Positions 1 to 8,420 are shown, numbered from the stretch's first letter. The stretch: DNA of 58,478 bases from Bacteroidales bacterium (GCA_025455395.1 JALOMO010000022.1:1-58478), one strand, 5' to 3'. Notes: generated by a model not told the origin, from the letters alone. Numbers and translations are program-made.

Positions 1-220
1 TTTTTGCAGTTGCCAGACAGCTTTGGCCGCACCCAAATGATAATAAGATCTTATGAGGTGATTTATGATTCAGTCTCTCAGTTAAGCTTCTTTGTTTGCC
101 TGACAATATATGCGATTACTGTAAACAGTATTATACCTAATGTGATCATAGTTTTACCGGTTAATGACTTTCGGCAAAGACTCCGCAATAATCGTGCCTT
201 TTATATGCTGACATAAAACC

Positions 221-415
221 TTAATTCTGAGTACAGACAAAATCCAGGCCCTCCCAGATATCCCTGGCCGATTCGGAGCAGGCTTCTATAGTGTCACCCT
301 CGGCATTTATACATGTCCAGCACTCTTCCTCACAGGAGACAAAAGTTACCATGAACAGAAAAAGAAGGAGAGCGATAACTTTAAGAGAGGCTTTTTTCGT
401 TTTCATTGAAAGCAT
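221..415 (-). CDS. small secreted Cys-rich lipoprotein, paralog 1 (64-aa precursor, about 37-aa mature)
   Basis: ATG at 415 (alternative ATG at 406). K-rich n-region, hydrophobic core, lipobox FVS|C. Mature part is C-x3-CWxC-x10-C-x14-C. Same cysteine framework as 444..647 and 4419..4622. Confidence 0.5.
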   Translation of the reverse strand: MLSMKTKKASLKVIALLLFLFMVTFVSCEEECWTCINAEGDTIEACSESARDIWEGLDFVCTQN

Positions 416-443
416 TTTTAGTTACCGGTTTATTCACCACGTT

Positions 444-647
444 TCAATTACAGTTATATCCATATGACTCCCATTTGACTTTGGCCGCCGTATTGCATAC
501 TTCAAACCTGTCTGAGGGATCAATTGGATTTTCGCACAGCCAGCAGATATTCGCATCTGCACAGGAAGCAAAGCTTAACATAAGAAGCAACAGCAGGAGA
601 TGGATTACCTTAAAAATGACTTTCCCGGGTTTCATATTCAGCATCAT
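444..647 (-). CDS. small secreted Cys-rich lipoprotein, paralog 2
   Basis: The track ORF starts at a TTG (659) that lies inside a -7 promoter box. In-frame ATGs are at 647, 644 and 635. Signal peptide with lipobox FAS|C. Mature part is C-x5-CWxC-x12-C-x14-C. Confidence 0.5.
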   Translation of the reverse strand: MMLNMKPGKVIFKVIHLLLLLLMLSFASCADANICWLCENPIDPSDRFEVCNTAAKVKWESYGYNCN

Positions 648-656
648 TAGCCGAGC

Positions 657-664
657 CAAATATA
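657..664 (-). promoter_or_regulatory. candidate Bacteroidota -7 promoter box (TATATTTG on minus strand)
   Basis: Exact match to the TAnnTTTG consensus, 9-21 nt upstream of the candidate ATGs of the small-lipoprotein gene. Confidence 0.35.
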
Positions 665-760
665 CAAAGTTCCTCTGGTCAAAGCCAAAGTTAAAGATTT
701 GCTTCCTGGTATTGAAGGAAAAACTTCTGTGGTAAGAATGAAAAGAGTACCTGCGTCAGG

Positions 761-1315
761 TCAACGTAATATGAATCTGTATCCGATTGAAAATGCCACC
801 GGCAGTAACCCGATACTAAACTCGACTCCTTCATTCTCCTCCAGGTCCTCCACATACTCCTTGGCTTCTGAACTCCTGATGGGAACGAGCAGCGCTACAG
901 ACCAGTATCCTCTTTTACCTGGACGCAAGCCGAAGTCCAGTCCGGCGCCGAAGGTCGGTCCGTAAAAGAGTTTATTGAACTGTGATGCATCAGCTACGGC
1001 AATGGCGGCGTTATAACCATACATTGCCATTGCATAGGGAGCTATCCCCGACGGCTGTTTTTTCGGGATGAATCTGTATTTTACCCCGGCATTGAATCCA
1101 AAGCCGGCAATAGCGTAGCCTGCACCGGCAAAGAGCCCGACACTCTGATGTGGGTAAAACATTAAGTCAGCGCCGAAACCACCATAATCAAGACCTCCTC
1201 CGATCCCTAAGTTTACCTTGTCATAAACCATCGGGGCGGGGGCAATTTCTTGTGCATGCATGGCGACTGTGAAGAAGAAGAAACTCAATAGCAGATAAGC
1301 AGTTTTTTTGGCCAT
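761..1315 (-). CDS. small outer-membrane beta-barrel protein (porin-family)
   Basis: Signal peptide ending AMHAQE. Alternating Gly/aromatic-rich amphipathic segments (GGGLDYGGFGADL, GAGYAIAGFGFNAG). 184 aa. Confidence 0.65.
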   Translation of the reverse strand: MAKKTAYLLLSFFFFTVAMHAQEIAPAPMVYDKVNLGIGGGLDYGGFGADLMFYPHQSVGLFAGAGYAIAGFGFNAGVKYRFIPKKQPSGIAPYAMAMYGYNAAIAVADASQFNKLFYGPTFGAGLDFGLRPGKRGYWSVALLVPIRSSEAKEYVEDLEENEGVEFSIGLLPVAFSIGYRFILR

Positions 1316-1372
1316 AGTCTTGGTTTTAGTTATTTATTGTAAACACTTTGTAAGTATTCTATTTCCTTATAA

Positions 1373-1380
1373 CAAATATA
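1373..1380 (-). promoter_or_regulatory. candidate -7 box (TATATTTG) upstream of the OM barrel gene
   Basis: Exact TAnnTTTG match, 57 nt upstream of ATG 1315. Confidence 0.3.
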
Positions 1381-1445
1381 ATCAAGGCAGGGACCGAAGT
1401 CAAGATTATTTGCCCTGGGTTGAAGAAATAGGAGCAAGAATGCAC

Positions 1446-1469
1446 TCTGAAACCCTGAAACCCTGAAAC
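1446..1469. repeat. tandem octamer (CTGAAACC) x3
   Basis: Direct reading: ctgaaacc ctgaaacc ctgaaaca. Intergenic. Confidence 0.9.
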
Positions 1470-1579
1470 ATGGAACCCTAGTTATCCGTTTAAGCACTTT
1501 GAGAGTCAGCGCGTCATCTGATTAATACTTAAAGGACAGAGGTGATGCCTGTAAATGGATTAAATGAGACATTTTCATT

Positions 1580-2563
1580 ATGAAGACTACATGTAAGATT
1601 ACAGCCCTTCTCCTTCTTGTTCTTGCATCTGCGTTTCATTCATGTGAAAAGAAGGAGATCCCCGAAGTTGCCACCTCCGAAGCAGAGGTAATAACGACAG
1701 TACTGGCCAGATGCGGAGGTGCAATATTAAGCGAGGGCACCGGAAAAATAACTGACTGTGGTATATGCTGGGGTACTGATCCACTGCCTGACCTTTCAGA
1801 TAATGTAATATCAGGTTATCCGGCTGCTGATACTTTTTCATGTGATATGTCCGGCATGTTGAAAAACAGACCCTACTATGTGCGGGCATATGCCACGAAT
1901 GAAAATGGCACCGCCTATGGCGATGCTGTGTCATTTGTCATTTGGATTAATACCCCCGGTCCGGCGGTAATGGATGCTGATGGTAATCTTTACAGCACCG
2001 TAAGGATAGGCAGTCAGATATGGATGGCCGAAAATCTGAGGACCACAAAATATAACAACGGGACATCAATACCCCTGGTCACAGAAGCAACTGACTGGCA
2101 GGGTCTGACAGCCGGATCATACTGCTGGTACAGCAATGAGGAAACAACTTATAAGGTAACTTACGGAGCACTGTACAACTGGCACGCTGTCAGCAGCGGC
2201 AAACTTTGTCCGGCAGGATGGCACGTTCCGACAGATGCGGAATGGGCTGCCCTGACGCTTTATGTCGGAGACCTGCCGGTCGCTGGCGGGAAGCTGAAGG
2301 AATCCGGAAAGGGACATTGGGAAATACCGAATATCGGAGCTACCAATGAATTCGGATTCATCGCCCTTCCTGCAGGCAACCGCACCCCTGACGGACTGTT
2401 TAATGGCCTTGGATCAGCAGCTTACTGGTGGACCTCAACACCATATGAAAATAATCCCGATGCTGATGCCTGGTACAGGCGAATACTTAATTCACAGTCT
2501 GAAGTAGAGATTAATTTCTATACAAAGACCATGGGAGCATCAGTACGTTGCGTTATGGATTGA
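1580..2563 (+). CDS. FISUMP-domain lipoprotein (Fibrobacter succinogenes major paralogous domain family)
   Basis: Lipobox AFHS|C. Family hallmarks: IGSQIWMAENL, YGALYNW, CPAGWHVPTDAEW, FGFIALPAGNR, AYWWTST, SVRCV. Confidence 0.85.
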   Translation: MKTTCKITALLLLVLASAFHSCEKKEIPEVATSEAEVITTVLARCGGAILSEGTGKITDCGICWGTDPLPDLSDNVISGYPAADTFSCDMSGMLKNRPYYVRAYATNENGTAYGDAVSFVIWINTPGPAVMDADGNLYSTVRIGSQIWMAENLRTTKYNNGTSIPLVTEATDWQGLTAGSYCWYSNEETTYKVTYGALYNWHAVSSGKLCPAGWHVPTDAEWAALTLYVGDLPVAGGKLKESGKGHWEIPNIGATNEFGFIALPAGNRTPDGLFNGLGSAAYWWTSTPYENNPDADAWYRRILNSQSEVEINFYTKTMGASVRCVMD

Positions 2564-2577
2564 CGGGTCATCCTTCA

Positions 2578-2605
2578 GGTCTTGCGGTCTTGCGGTCATG
2601 CGGTC
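2578..2605. repeat. tandem octamer (GGTCTTGC) x3.5
   Basis: Direct reading: ggtcttgc ggtcttgc ggtcatgc ggtc. Lies immediately after the FISUMP stop codon. Confidence 0.9.
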
Positions 2606-2706
2606 AGTTCCTGTCTTGTGAAGGCCATATAGCCTCTGTTCTCAGGGTTCCACGATAAACAATAAACGAAAAACCGCACAATTGCAAAACCACTTAACAC
2701 CCCCAA

Positions 2707-2737
2707 CCGATAACTGATAACCGATAACTGATAACCC
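2707..2737. repeat. heptad array (YGATAAC) x4, same module as in 4870..4977 and 51629..51727
   Basis: ccgataac tgataac cgataac tgataac cc. Shares the YGAYAAC period-7 array with the two longer copies. Confidence 0.85.
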
Positions 2738-3058
2738 AAGATCATACCTGGTATTTTTGCCTAATCTAATCTCTCCGGAACATCCTTTGGTCAAAATTCC
2801 TGATTTCGGATAATCATCCGTCAGTCGCAAATATCATTCAGATAATTAGTGTTATATACCCTTCAGTGGGGTATAATGCCGTAAAATTCCAATTTCGCCG
2901 TAAAAATTGATCTCTTTTTGACGAAACATATTCATCAGGCTGTCAGCTCACCCTATAAGGCAATAAAGCGTCGGAAAAATTTGACCAATGGCTTTTGTAA
3001 CACACTCATAATCACACTAATCAGTCAGCCCGGCCTTGTGTGCGAAGAGCATGTGAAG

Positions 3059-3066
3059 TAACTTTG
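3059..3066 (+). promoter_or_regulatory. candidate -7 box (TAACTTTG)
   Basis: Exact TAnnTTTG match, 23 nt upstream of ATG 3090. Confidence 0.35.
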
Positions 3067-3089
3067 TACCGAAAGTCAAAACGAAAGCC

Positions 3090-3710
3090 ATGAAGAAATT
3101 CAAACTGCTTTGTTGGGGTTCAGGCGTTGCTTCCGGGTTAATGAAAATTTTCGGGAATCTGACGATAAACAGGGTTCCGGGAAGTAATGCTGCACGTACC
3201 CTGATGCTGGGGTCTCTGTTTCTCCTGAACTCATATCTGGTTCCGGGAGGAAGCCCTGTGATGACGGAAGAGATGAAATACCAGGCTGAAAGGGCGCTCT
3301 TCTATTTCCAGATAAAGTATGAGCCTTTCAGCGAGGAGCTGCTGAAAAAGTGCCTTGAATATGAAGGGGTGCTCTATCAGGACATAGTCATATTGCAATC
3401 GCGTCTTGAAACGGGGTATTTTACTTCAGATATTTTTGTCAACGGGAACAATCTTTTCGGGATGAAGTATCCCCTCCGCAGGCCCACGGTTGCCATGGGT
3501 ATCTACAAGGAACATGCTCAGTATGCTCACTGGTCAGATTCCGTAATCGACTATGCGATGTGGCAGAAGTATTACCTGTCAAGGGGATACAAGCTTGAAG
3601 GTGAACTGGATAGTGATTTTTACCTTGTTATCCTAAGGAGCATCCCCTATGCCGAGGATCCCCGCTATATCTCGAAACTGGTGAGACTGTCGCAGGGAGA
3701 TCTGACTTAG
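3090..3710 (+). CDS. glucosaminidase-domain protein (peptidoglycan N-acetylglucosaminidase-like)
   Basis: Motifs ILQSRLETGYFTS, NGNNLFGMKYP and YAHWSDSVIDYAMWQ are typical of the Glucosaminidase (PF01832-type) domain. N-terminal hydrophobic segment. Confidence 0.7.
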   Translation: MKKFKLLCWGSGVASGLMKIFGNLTINRVPGSNAARTLMLGSLFLLNSYLVPGGSPVMTEEMKYQAERALFYFQIKYEPFSEELLKKCLEYEGVLYQDIVILQSRLETGYFTSDIFVNGNNLFGMKYPLRRPTVAMGIYKEHAQYAHWSDSVIDYAMWQKYYLSRGYKLEGELDSDFYLVILRSIPYAEDPRYISKLVRLSQGDLT

Positions 3711-3792
3711 GACAGTCTCCGCCTGCAAGATATCCTCCTGGTTGGTTTACTGCCTTCCTGCCGGAATATTTGCGTATACCTGGCTTACATCG

Positions 3793-3800
3793 TACTTTTG
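3793..3800 (+). promoter_or_regulatory. candidate -7 box (TACTTTTG)
   Basis: Exact TAnnTTTG match, 52 nt upstream of ATG 3853. Confidence 0.3.
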
Positions 3801-3852
3801 ATTCATCAAATGTTACGGCTTACTATTTCAGACAGAGATAAAACATCAACAA

Positions 3853-4371
3853 ATGGACTTCACTGAATTAATCAATAAGCGCGAGAGCATCCGCAGTTAT
3901 GACCCTTCAAGGCCTGTGTCGGAGAAGACACTGAACCGGATCCTTGATGCCGGGAGGCTCGCTCTTTCGGCAGCCAACAGGCAGCCATGGAAATTCCTGG
4001 TAATATCCTCTCCGCATATGCTTGAGAAGGTCAGGCCATGCTACAGCCGTGAATGGTTTGGTGACGCGCCTCATGTTGTTGCAGTAGTAGGGCTGAAGGA
4101 CCAGGCATGGGTCAGGAGCTTCGACGGTTACAATTCTATGGAGACGGATGCCGCAATAGCCATGACTCATATCATACTTGCCGCAGAAAATGAGGGTGTG
4201 GGAGCCTGCTGGATCGCAAATTATGATCCCGCAATGCTGAGGGAGGCACTTGGCATTGGAGGTACCCAGGAGGTATATGGTATTACTCCCATAGGGTATC
4301 CCCGTCCTGACTTCCGGAAATCAGGAATCAAAAAGAGAAAAACCTTCGGAGAGGTGGTTGAGTTCCTCTAG
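3853..4371 (+). CDS. nitroreductase family protein
   Basis: RESIRSYDPSRPVS and SAANRQPWKFLVI motifs. 172 aa, the usual size for the FMN nitroreductase fold. Confidence 0.85.
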   Translation: MDFTELINKRESIRSYDPSRPVSEKTLNRILDAGRLALSAANRQPWKFLVISSPHMLEKVRPCYSREWFGDAPHVVAVVGLKDQAWVRSFDGYNSMETDAAIAMTHIILAAENEGVGACWIANYDPAMLREALGIGGTQEVYGITPIGYPRPDFRKSGIKKRKTFGEVVEFL

Positions 4372-4418
4372 AATATCAATAAGGAGATTAATCTGAGAAC
4401 GGATAAGGAGGATAACTT

Positions 4419-4622
4419 TCACCAGCCGCCATCACATGTCCACCCTTCATTTCTCAATTGATCCGCAGTGTCAGTAGAGCAAGTGCCCTGTTTCTCTTCT
4501 TTTCCTTTGTCATTAGTCCGCGTGCATGAATAGCAACCCATCAATTCACACGATGTAAAACTTAACATAAAGAGAACCGAAAGAACACTGATAGATTTGA
4601 AAAGCACTTTTTTCATTTTCAT
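4419..4622 (-). CDS. small secreted Cys-rich lipoprotein, paralog 3
   Basis: Best start is MKMKKVLFK (ATG 4622; the track ORF extends to 4664). Lipobox FTS|C. Mature part is C-x4-CYxC-x14-C-x14-C. Confidence 0.5.
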   Translation of the reverse strand: MKMKKVLFKSISVLSVLFMLSFTSCELMGCYSCTRTNDKGKEEKQGTCSTDTADQLRNEGWTCDGGW

Positions 4623-4869
4623 TGTCAGTCTGTTTAATTGCAAAGGAACAGTAATGTCACCCATTTAAAAGGAGTAATAAAGTTCGATCTTTTTGTTGTA
4701 ACAGATGTTGCTGTGCGTTCCAAAATTGTTACTCAATGTGCCAAAATAAATTAAAACAGGCTCCGATATCTCTTCGTGCAACGATGCTTTGCCTTCCGAA
4801 TCATCCAACCGGCTAAGTAGGTGGGTATGATGCCCCAACGCACTGCTTCGTCTGGATTTCAAAGCTTCA

Positions 4870-4977
4870 CTCTTCAATCTGAGGATCTGATAGTTTAAAG
4901 GTTCAAGGTACAGGATACAGGGGGGAATTAACTGACAACCGATTACCGATAACTGATAACCGAATACCCCTCCATGC
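4870..4977 (+). repeat. mosaic intergenic repeat, modules M1 plus M2 (heptad YGAYAAC array)
   Basis: Collinear with 51629..51727: ctcttcaatctgaggRtctgatagtttRaRggttcaaggtaca...gggaattaactgacaacYgatWaccgataactgaYaaccgaaWacccctccatgc. Only a few substitutions and one short indel. Confidence 0.9.
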
Positions 4978-5046
4978 CCTTGTTCTGTGCTCTGATCCAT
5001 TTCGCCCACCGCCGTCGCTGACTTCTCAACAGTTTGACCATGTGAC

Positions 5047-6183
5047 ATGGCATATTTTGTATTATATTGCATTATGAAGCAGCCCTCCGGCAGGAAACTA
5101 TCAGCCCCACCACGCAATGTGGATGAGCACGACGTGATATTTGCGCGGATGAAGCTGAAGCCCGGTACCCCTGACTGGGATGAATATTACTCAGCACATC
5201 CGCTACAGGCTCAGAACGACTCCAGGGCCAGGGCGTTGCCCGGACTGCTATCTGAACATGGAGCAAATTTCCATCCGCTTAACTTTCCGGCTGCTGATGC
5301 CTGCTTTACCGTTATAGAGTATTTGCAGAAGGCTATTAACCATCCGGTATCAGAAAAAAGAAGCGATCTGACGGCAGCTGCTCTCACGAAATATTTAAAA
5401 GGGTGGACCCGCTATCTTGGAGTTCACTCGGTGGGTATAACTGAATTGCAGGAGTACCATCTTTATACCATGAGAGGCCGTGGTGCTGACAAAGGCAAGC
5501 CGGTTATCAGGAGACATAAATATGCCATAGCCTTCACTGTTGAGATGGACTACAAGAATGTTCAGTCAGCACCGGGTTCGCCGGCACTCTTTGAGTCATC
5601 ACAGCAATATCTGCGCAGCGCCAATATAGCCGTTCAACTGACTCTGTTCCTGAAGAATCTCGGGTACGACAGCCGGGCGCACATCGATGGCGATTATGAG
5701 GTTATCTGTCCGCTTGTGGCCCGCGATGCCGGACTGGGTGAGATTGGGCGCATGGGACTTCTTATGACTCCCCTTCTGGGTCCGCGGGCAAGGATAGCTG
5801 TTGTCACAACCAATGCACCCCTGATTCCCGGCGAATACCGGCCTGACCGGAATATGATTGAATTCTGCCGGGTGTGTAAGAAATGTGCCGATTGCTGCCC
5901 CGGAAACTCAATACCCACTGATGACATCCAGGAAATCGATGGTGTAAAGCGATGGAGAATAGACTCTGACAGCTGCTACCGCTACTGGTGCACCAGCGGC
6001 ACCGACTGTGGCCGCTGCATGGCTGTCTGTCCCTTCAGCCACCGCAATAACCTGTTTCATAATACAATACGGTTTCTAATAAGACACTCCCGTCTTTTCG
6101 CGCGCCTCGCATACCATGCTGATGATCTGTTTTATGGCCGGAAGCCAAAATCAAAACCAGCGTCAGAGTGGATGCGGATTTAA
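5047..6183 (+). CDS. reductive-dehalogenase-like (RdhA/QueG superfamily) 2x[4Fe-4S] protein
   Basis: ARDAGLGEIGRMGLLMTPLLGPRARIAVVTTNAPL followed by CRVCKKCADCCP and CGRCMAVCP ferredoxin motifs. No twin-arginine signal. The start could instead be ATG 5074 (MKQPSG). Confidence 0.6.
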   Translation: MAYFVLYCIMKQPSGRKLSAPPRNVDEHDVIFARMKLKPGTPDWDEYYSAHPLQAQNDSRARALPGLLSEHGANFHPLNFPAADACFTVIEYLQKAINHPVSEKRSDLTAAALTKYLKGWTRYLGVHSVGITELQEYHLYTMRGRGADKGKPVIRRHKYAIAFTVEMDYKNVQSAPGSPALFESSQQYLRSANIAVQLTLFLKNLGYDSRAHIDGDYEVICPLVARDAGLGEIGRMGLLMTPLLGPRARIAVVTTNAPLIPGEYRPDRNMIEFCRVCKKCADCCPGNSIPTDDIQEIDGVKRWRIDSDSCYRYWCTSGTDCGRCMAVCPFSHRNNLFHNTIRFLIRHSRLFARLAYHADDLFYGRKPKSKPASEWMRI

Positions 6184-6253
6184 CCAGGTGAAAAAGCCGG
6201 TGACAATGACCATCTTTCCGCAGAGCTAATTGACCGGCTTTGAGGAGATCCAT

Positions 6254-6292
6254 AAAAAAAGTGAGAGTGCCCGCTCCCGCTTTCACTCTCAC
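6254..6292 (-). terminator. rho-independent terminator downstream of tRNA-Ala
   Basis: 9-bp stem gtgagagtg/cactctcac with a 14-nt loop. On the minus strand it is followed by a run of 7 T. Confidence 0.7.
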
Positions 6293-6301
6293 TCTGTTTT
6301 G

Positions 6302-6375
6302 TGGAGATAAGGGGAATCGAACCCCTGACCTTGTGACTGCCAGTCACACGCTCTAGCCAACTGAGCTATATCCCC
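6302..6375 (-). tRNA. tRNA-Ala (anticodon GGC)
   Basis: Hand-folded cloverleaf: acceptor GGGGATA/TATCTCC with G3:U70, anticodon stem TGTGA/TCACA, loop CTGGCAG, T-arm GGGGTTCGATTCCCC. 74 nt, no encoded CCA. Confidence 0.9.
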
Positions 6376-6384
6376 GGTGCGCGG

Positions 6385-6392
6385 CAAATATA
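6385..6392 (-). promoter_or_regulatory. candidate -7 box (TATATTTG) for tRNA-Ala
   Basis: Exact TAnnTTTG match ending 9 nt upstream of the mature tRNA 5' end. Confidence 0.45.
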
Positions 6393-6455
6393 GAAATATT
6401 TTTTTTAACATTTATCACTTTCACCCTGAGCCTTTGGAGGTACCAAACAATTTTG

Positions 6456-6463
6456 TAACTTTG
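6456..6463 (+). promoter_or_regulatory. candidate -7 box (TAACTTTG) for tonB-like gene
   Basis: Exact TAnnTTTG match, 23 nt upstream of ATG 6487. This argues against the GTG 6466 start in the track. Confidence 0.35.
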
Positions 6464-6486
6464 AGGTGCTGACAAATAGTAAAATC

Positions 6487-7173
6487 ATGGAATCCAAGAA
6501 AAGCGAAAAGGCAAACCTGGAGAACAAGAAGTCACTGTTCATACAGATTGGCATTATCTTCGCACTGGCAGTCTCACTCATCGCTTTTGAGTGGACTTCC
6601 GGGCAGAGAGGCCCCTCTGCCTTTGACGGCATGACCGAAGAGGCCATTGAAGAGGAGGTGATACCTGTTACCGAAGAGATACCCCCGGAGGAGGTGCCAC
6701 CGCCAGAGGTGACAGTAACCGATCTCTTCGAGATTGTGGAAGATGACGTTGTCCTTGAGTCAGAGGTGAAGTTCGATGATGACGAGACCAGCGAAGACAA
6801 GGTTGTGGAGATCTATGCCCCCGTCCTTAATGCAGAAGAAGAGGAGACCGAGGATGAGATCTTTGTTATCGTTGAAGACATGCCCACATTCAAGGGAGGC
6901 GACATAAACACGTTCCGCGAATGGGTGCAGAAAAGAGTGCGCTATCCGGAACTGGCTGCCGAAAACGGCATTGCAGGAAGAGTCTTCATCACTTTCGTCG
7001 TTGAGACCAATGGTACCGTCAGCAACGTCACCGTCACCCGCAGTGTTGACGCCCTCCTTGACGAAGCAGCCAAGGAAGCAGTTGCAGCATCGCCAAAATG
7101 GGAGCCGGGTATGCAGCGCGGACGCCCGGTGAGAGTAAGATATTCGATCCCAATAATATTCCAGCTGCAATAA
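6487..7173 (+). CDS. tonB: energy transducer TonB family protein
   Basis: N-terminal TM anchor, Glu/Pro-rich spacer (PPEEVPPPEV), and C-terminal TonB domain (MPTFKGGD...YPELAAENGIAGRVFITFVVETNGTVSNV...RYSIPIIF). Confidence 0.85.
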   Translation: MESKKSEKANLENKKSLFIQIGIIFALAVSLIAFEWTSGQRGPSAFDGMTEEAIEEEVIPVTEEIPPEEVPPPEVTVTDLFEIVEDDVVLESEVKFDDDETSEDKVVEIYAPVLNAEEEETEDEIFVIVEDMPTFKGGDINTFREWVQKRVRYPELAAENGIAGRVFITFVVETNGTVSNVTVTRSVDALLDEAAKEAVAASPKWEPGMQRGRPVRVRYSIPIIFQLQ

Positions 7174-7247
7174 CAATCCACAGATATGATGTTTAACCTT
7201 AACCCCGCCAGTCACCTTTTCAGCGGGGCTTAACTATTATCCTACAC

Positions 7248-8420
7248 ATGAGAAAGACCTTTGCATTACTGTTTGTTGCCGCACTGCTGATGTCAGGCTG
7301 CGGTTCATCAAAGAAACAGATTGAGTCCGGTAACTATGATGCCGCCATAAGTGTGGCAGTCAAAGAGCTGAGAAAGAATCCGAAAAGCGAAAAGGACATC
7401 CTCAGCCTCGAACGTGCGATGCCTATCGTGATGGAACAGGATAACGAGCGGATACGCTACCTGAAGATGGAGGGAAAACCAGGTTCATGGGATGAGATAT
7501 ATCTGATCTATAAGAAGATGAATGACAGGCAGTCTCTCGTCCGCACTGTCACCCCGATTACATATAAGGGCAGAACCATCGAATATGCCTACGTCGATTA
7601 CATGCAGGAGATGATCATTGCAAAGAATAAGGCGGCAGACTATTATTATGCTCACGGACAGGAGCTGATGAAAAACGGCACCAAAGACTCATACCGTCTG
7701 GCTTATGAGGAATTTGCCAGGGCAAAAGAGTATGTCGGTGACTATGAAGGTATAGACCAGATGATGCAGGAGTCAAGATACCTGGGTATCAGTCGTGCCT
7801 ATGTCGATGTTAAGAACTTTTCCGCCACCAAGTTCCCCGAGGATTTTGAGAAGGAGCTGCTCGCCCTTGACCTGCCCAGGCTAAACAGTGACTGGGTGGA
7901 ATATTATACTACGGTATTGAATGACCAGACCCAGTACGACTACCTTGTTAACGTTAACATCAGATCTGTAGCCGTCAGTCCTGACAAACAGTTTCAGCGT
8001 GACAGCCTTGTGAAGAGGACCATTGAGGATGGCTTCGAGTATGTAAAGGACTCGAGGGGCAATGTGGCAAAAGACTCATTGGGTAACGACATAAAAGTGA
8101 AGAAATACAAAGAGGTCCAGTGTGCCCTCATACAGACTTTCCAGGTGAAGGAGTGTGTCATTCAGGGTGATGTTGAGATCATAGCTCTCAATCCGGAGAA
8201 GATGATCAAGAAGGAGCCGATAGGAGCGACCTCAAACTTTGATCATGTCTCGGCACGGGCTATCGGTGATGTCAACGCACTCTCTCCGGAGCAGAAGCAG
8301 ATGCTGCAGTCACAGGTGGCCCCTTTCCCTCTCGATATTGATATGGTCCTCATGTGCACTGAGAACCTGAAGATGGCCATCAGAGGGTTTATGGAGACGA
8401 ACAGGAGATTTATTAATTGA
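7248..8420 (+). CDS. hypothetical lipoprotein
   Basis: Signal peptide with lipobox LMSG|C. 390 aa with coding-like composition. No domain that I recognise. Confidence 0.6.
   Translation: MRKTFALLFVAALLMSGCGSSKKQIESGNYDAAISVAVKELRKNPKSEKDILSLERAMPIVMEQDNERIRYLKMEGKPGSWDEIYLIYKKMNDRQSLVRTVTPITYKGRTIEYAYVDYMQEMIIAKNKAADYYYAHGQELMKNGTKDSYRLAYEEFARAKEYVGDYEGIDQMMQESRYLGISRAYVDVKNFSATKFPEDFEKELLALDLPRLNSDWVEYYTTVLNDQTQYDYLVNVNIRSVAVSPDKQFQRDSLVKRTIEDGFEYVKDSRGNVAKDSLGNDIKVKKYKEVQCALIQTFQVKECVIQGDVEIIALNPEKMIKKEPIGATSNFDHVSARAIGDVNALSPEQKQMLQSQVAPFPLDIDMVLMCTENLKMAIRGFMETNRRFIN

Noticed and set aside
1-216. Frame +1 is open from the window edge to a TAA at 214..216 (the track lists 4..216 starting at a TTG).
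   Set aside because: There is no recognisable domain, the region is AT-rich, and the only internal start is a TTG. It could be the C-terminus of a gene beginning upstream of the window, so it cannot be fully excluded, but I cannot support a call.
2707-2737. GATAAC heptad arrays as DnaA boxes or a replication origin.
   Set aside because: They do not match the TTATCCACA consensus. There is no dnaA/dnaN/gyrB context and no AT-rich unwinding element. The same array recurs at two other loci as part of the mosaic repeat.
4665-5117. A 150-aa minus-strand ORF between the third Cys-rich lipoprotein gene and the RdhA-like gene.
   Set aside because: It runs straight through the mosaic repeat (4870..4977) and overlaps the start of the RdhA-like gene. 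It has no recognisable domain or signal.
6184-6465. An integrase or genomic island attached to tRNA-Ala (and likewise to tRNA-Glu at 18759..18830).
   Set aside because: No integrase, excisionase or direct repeat of the tRNA 3' end is present on either side. The flanking genes are ordinary chromosomal genes.
6405-6800. A Ser/Thr-rich 131-aa ORF antisense to the tonB-like gene.
   Set aside because: It is a shadow of the Glu/Pro-rich (GAA/GAG/CCN) spacer of TonB read on the opposite strand. It is low complexity and overlaps a confidently identified gene.
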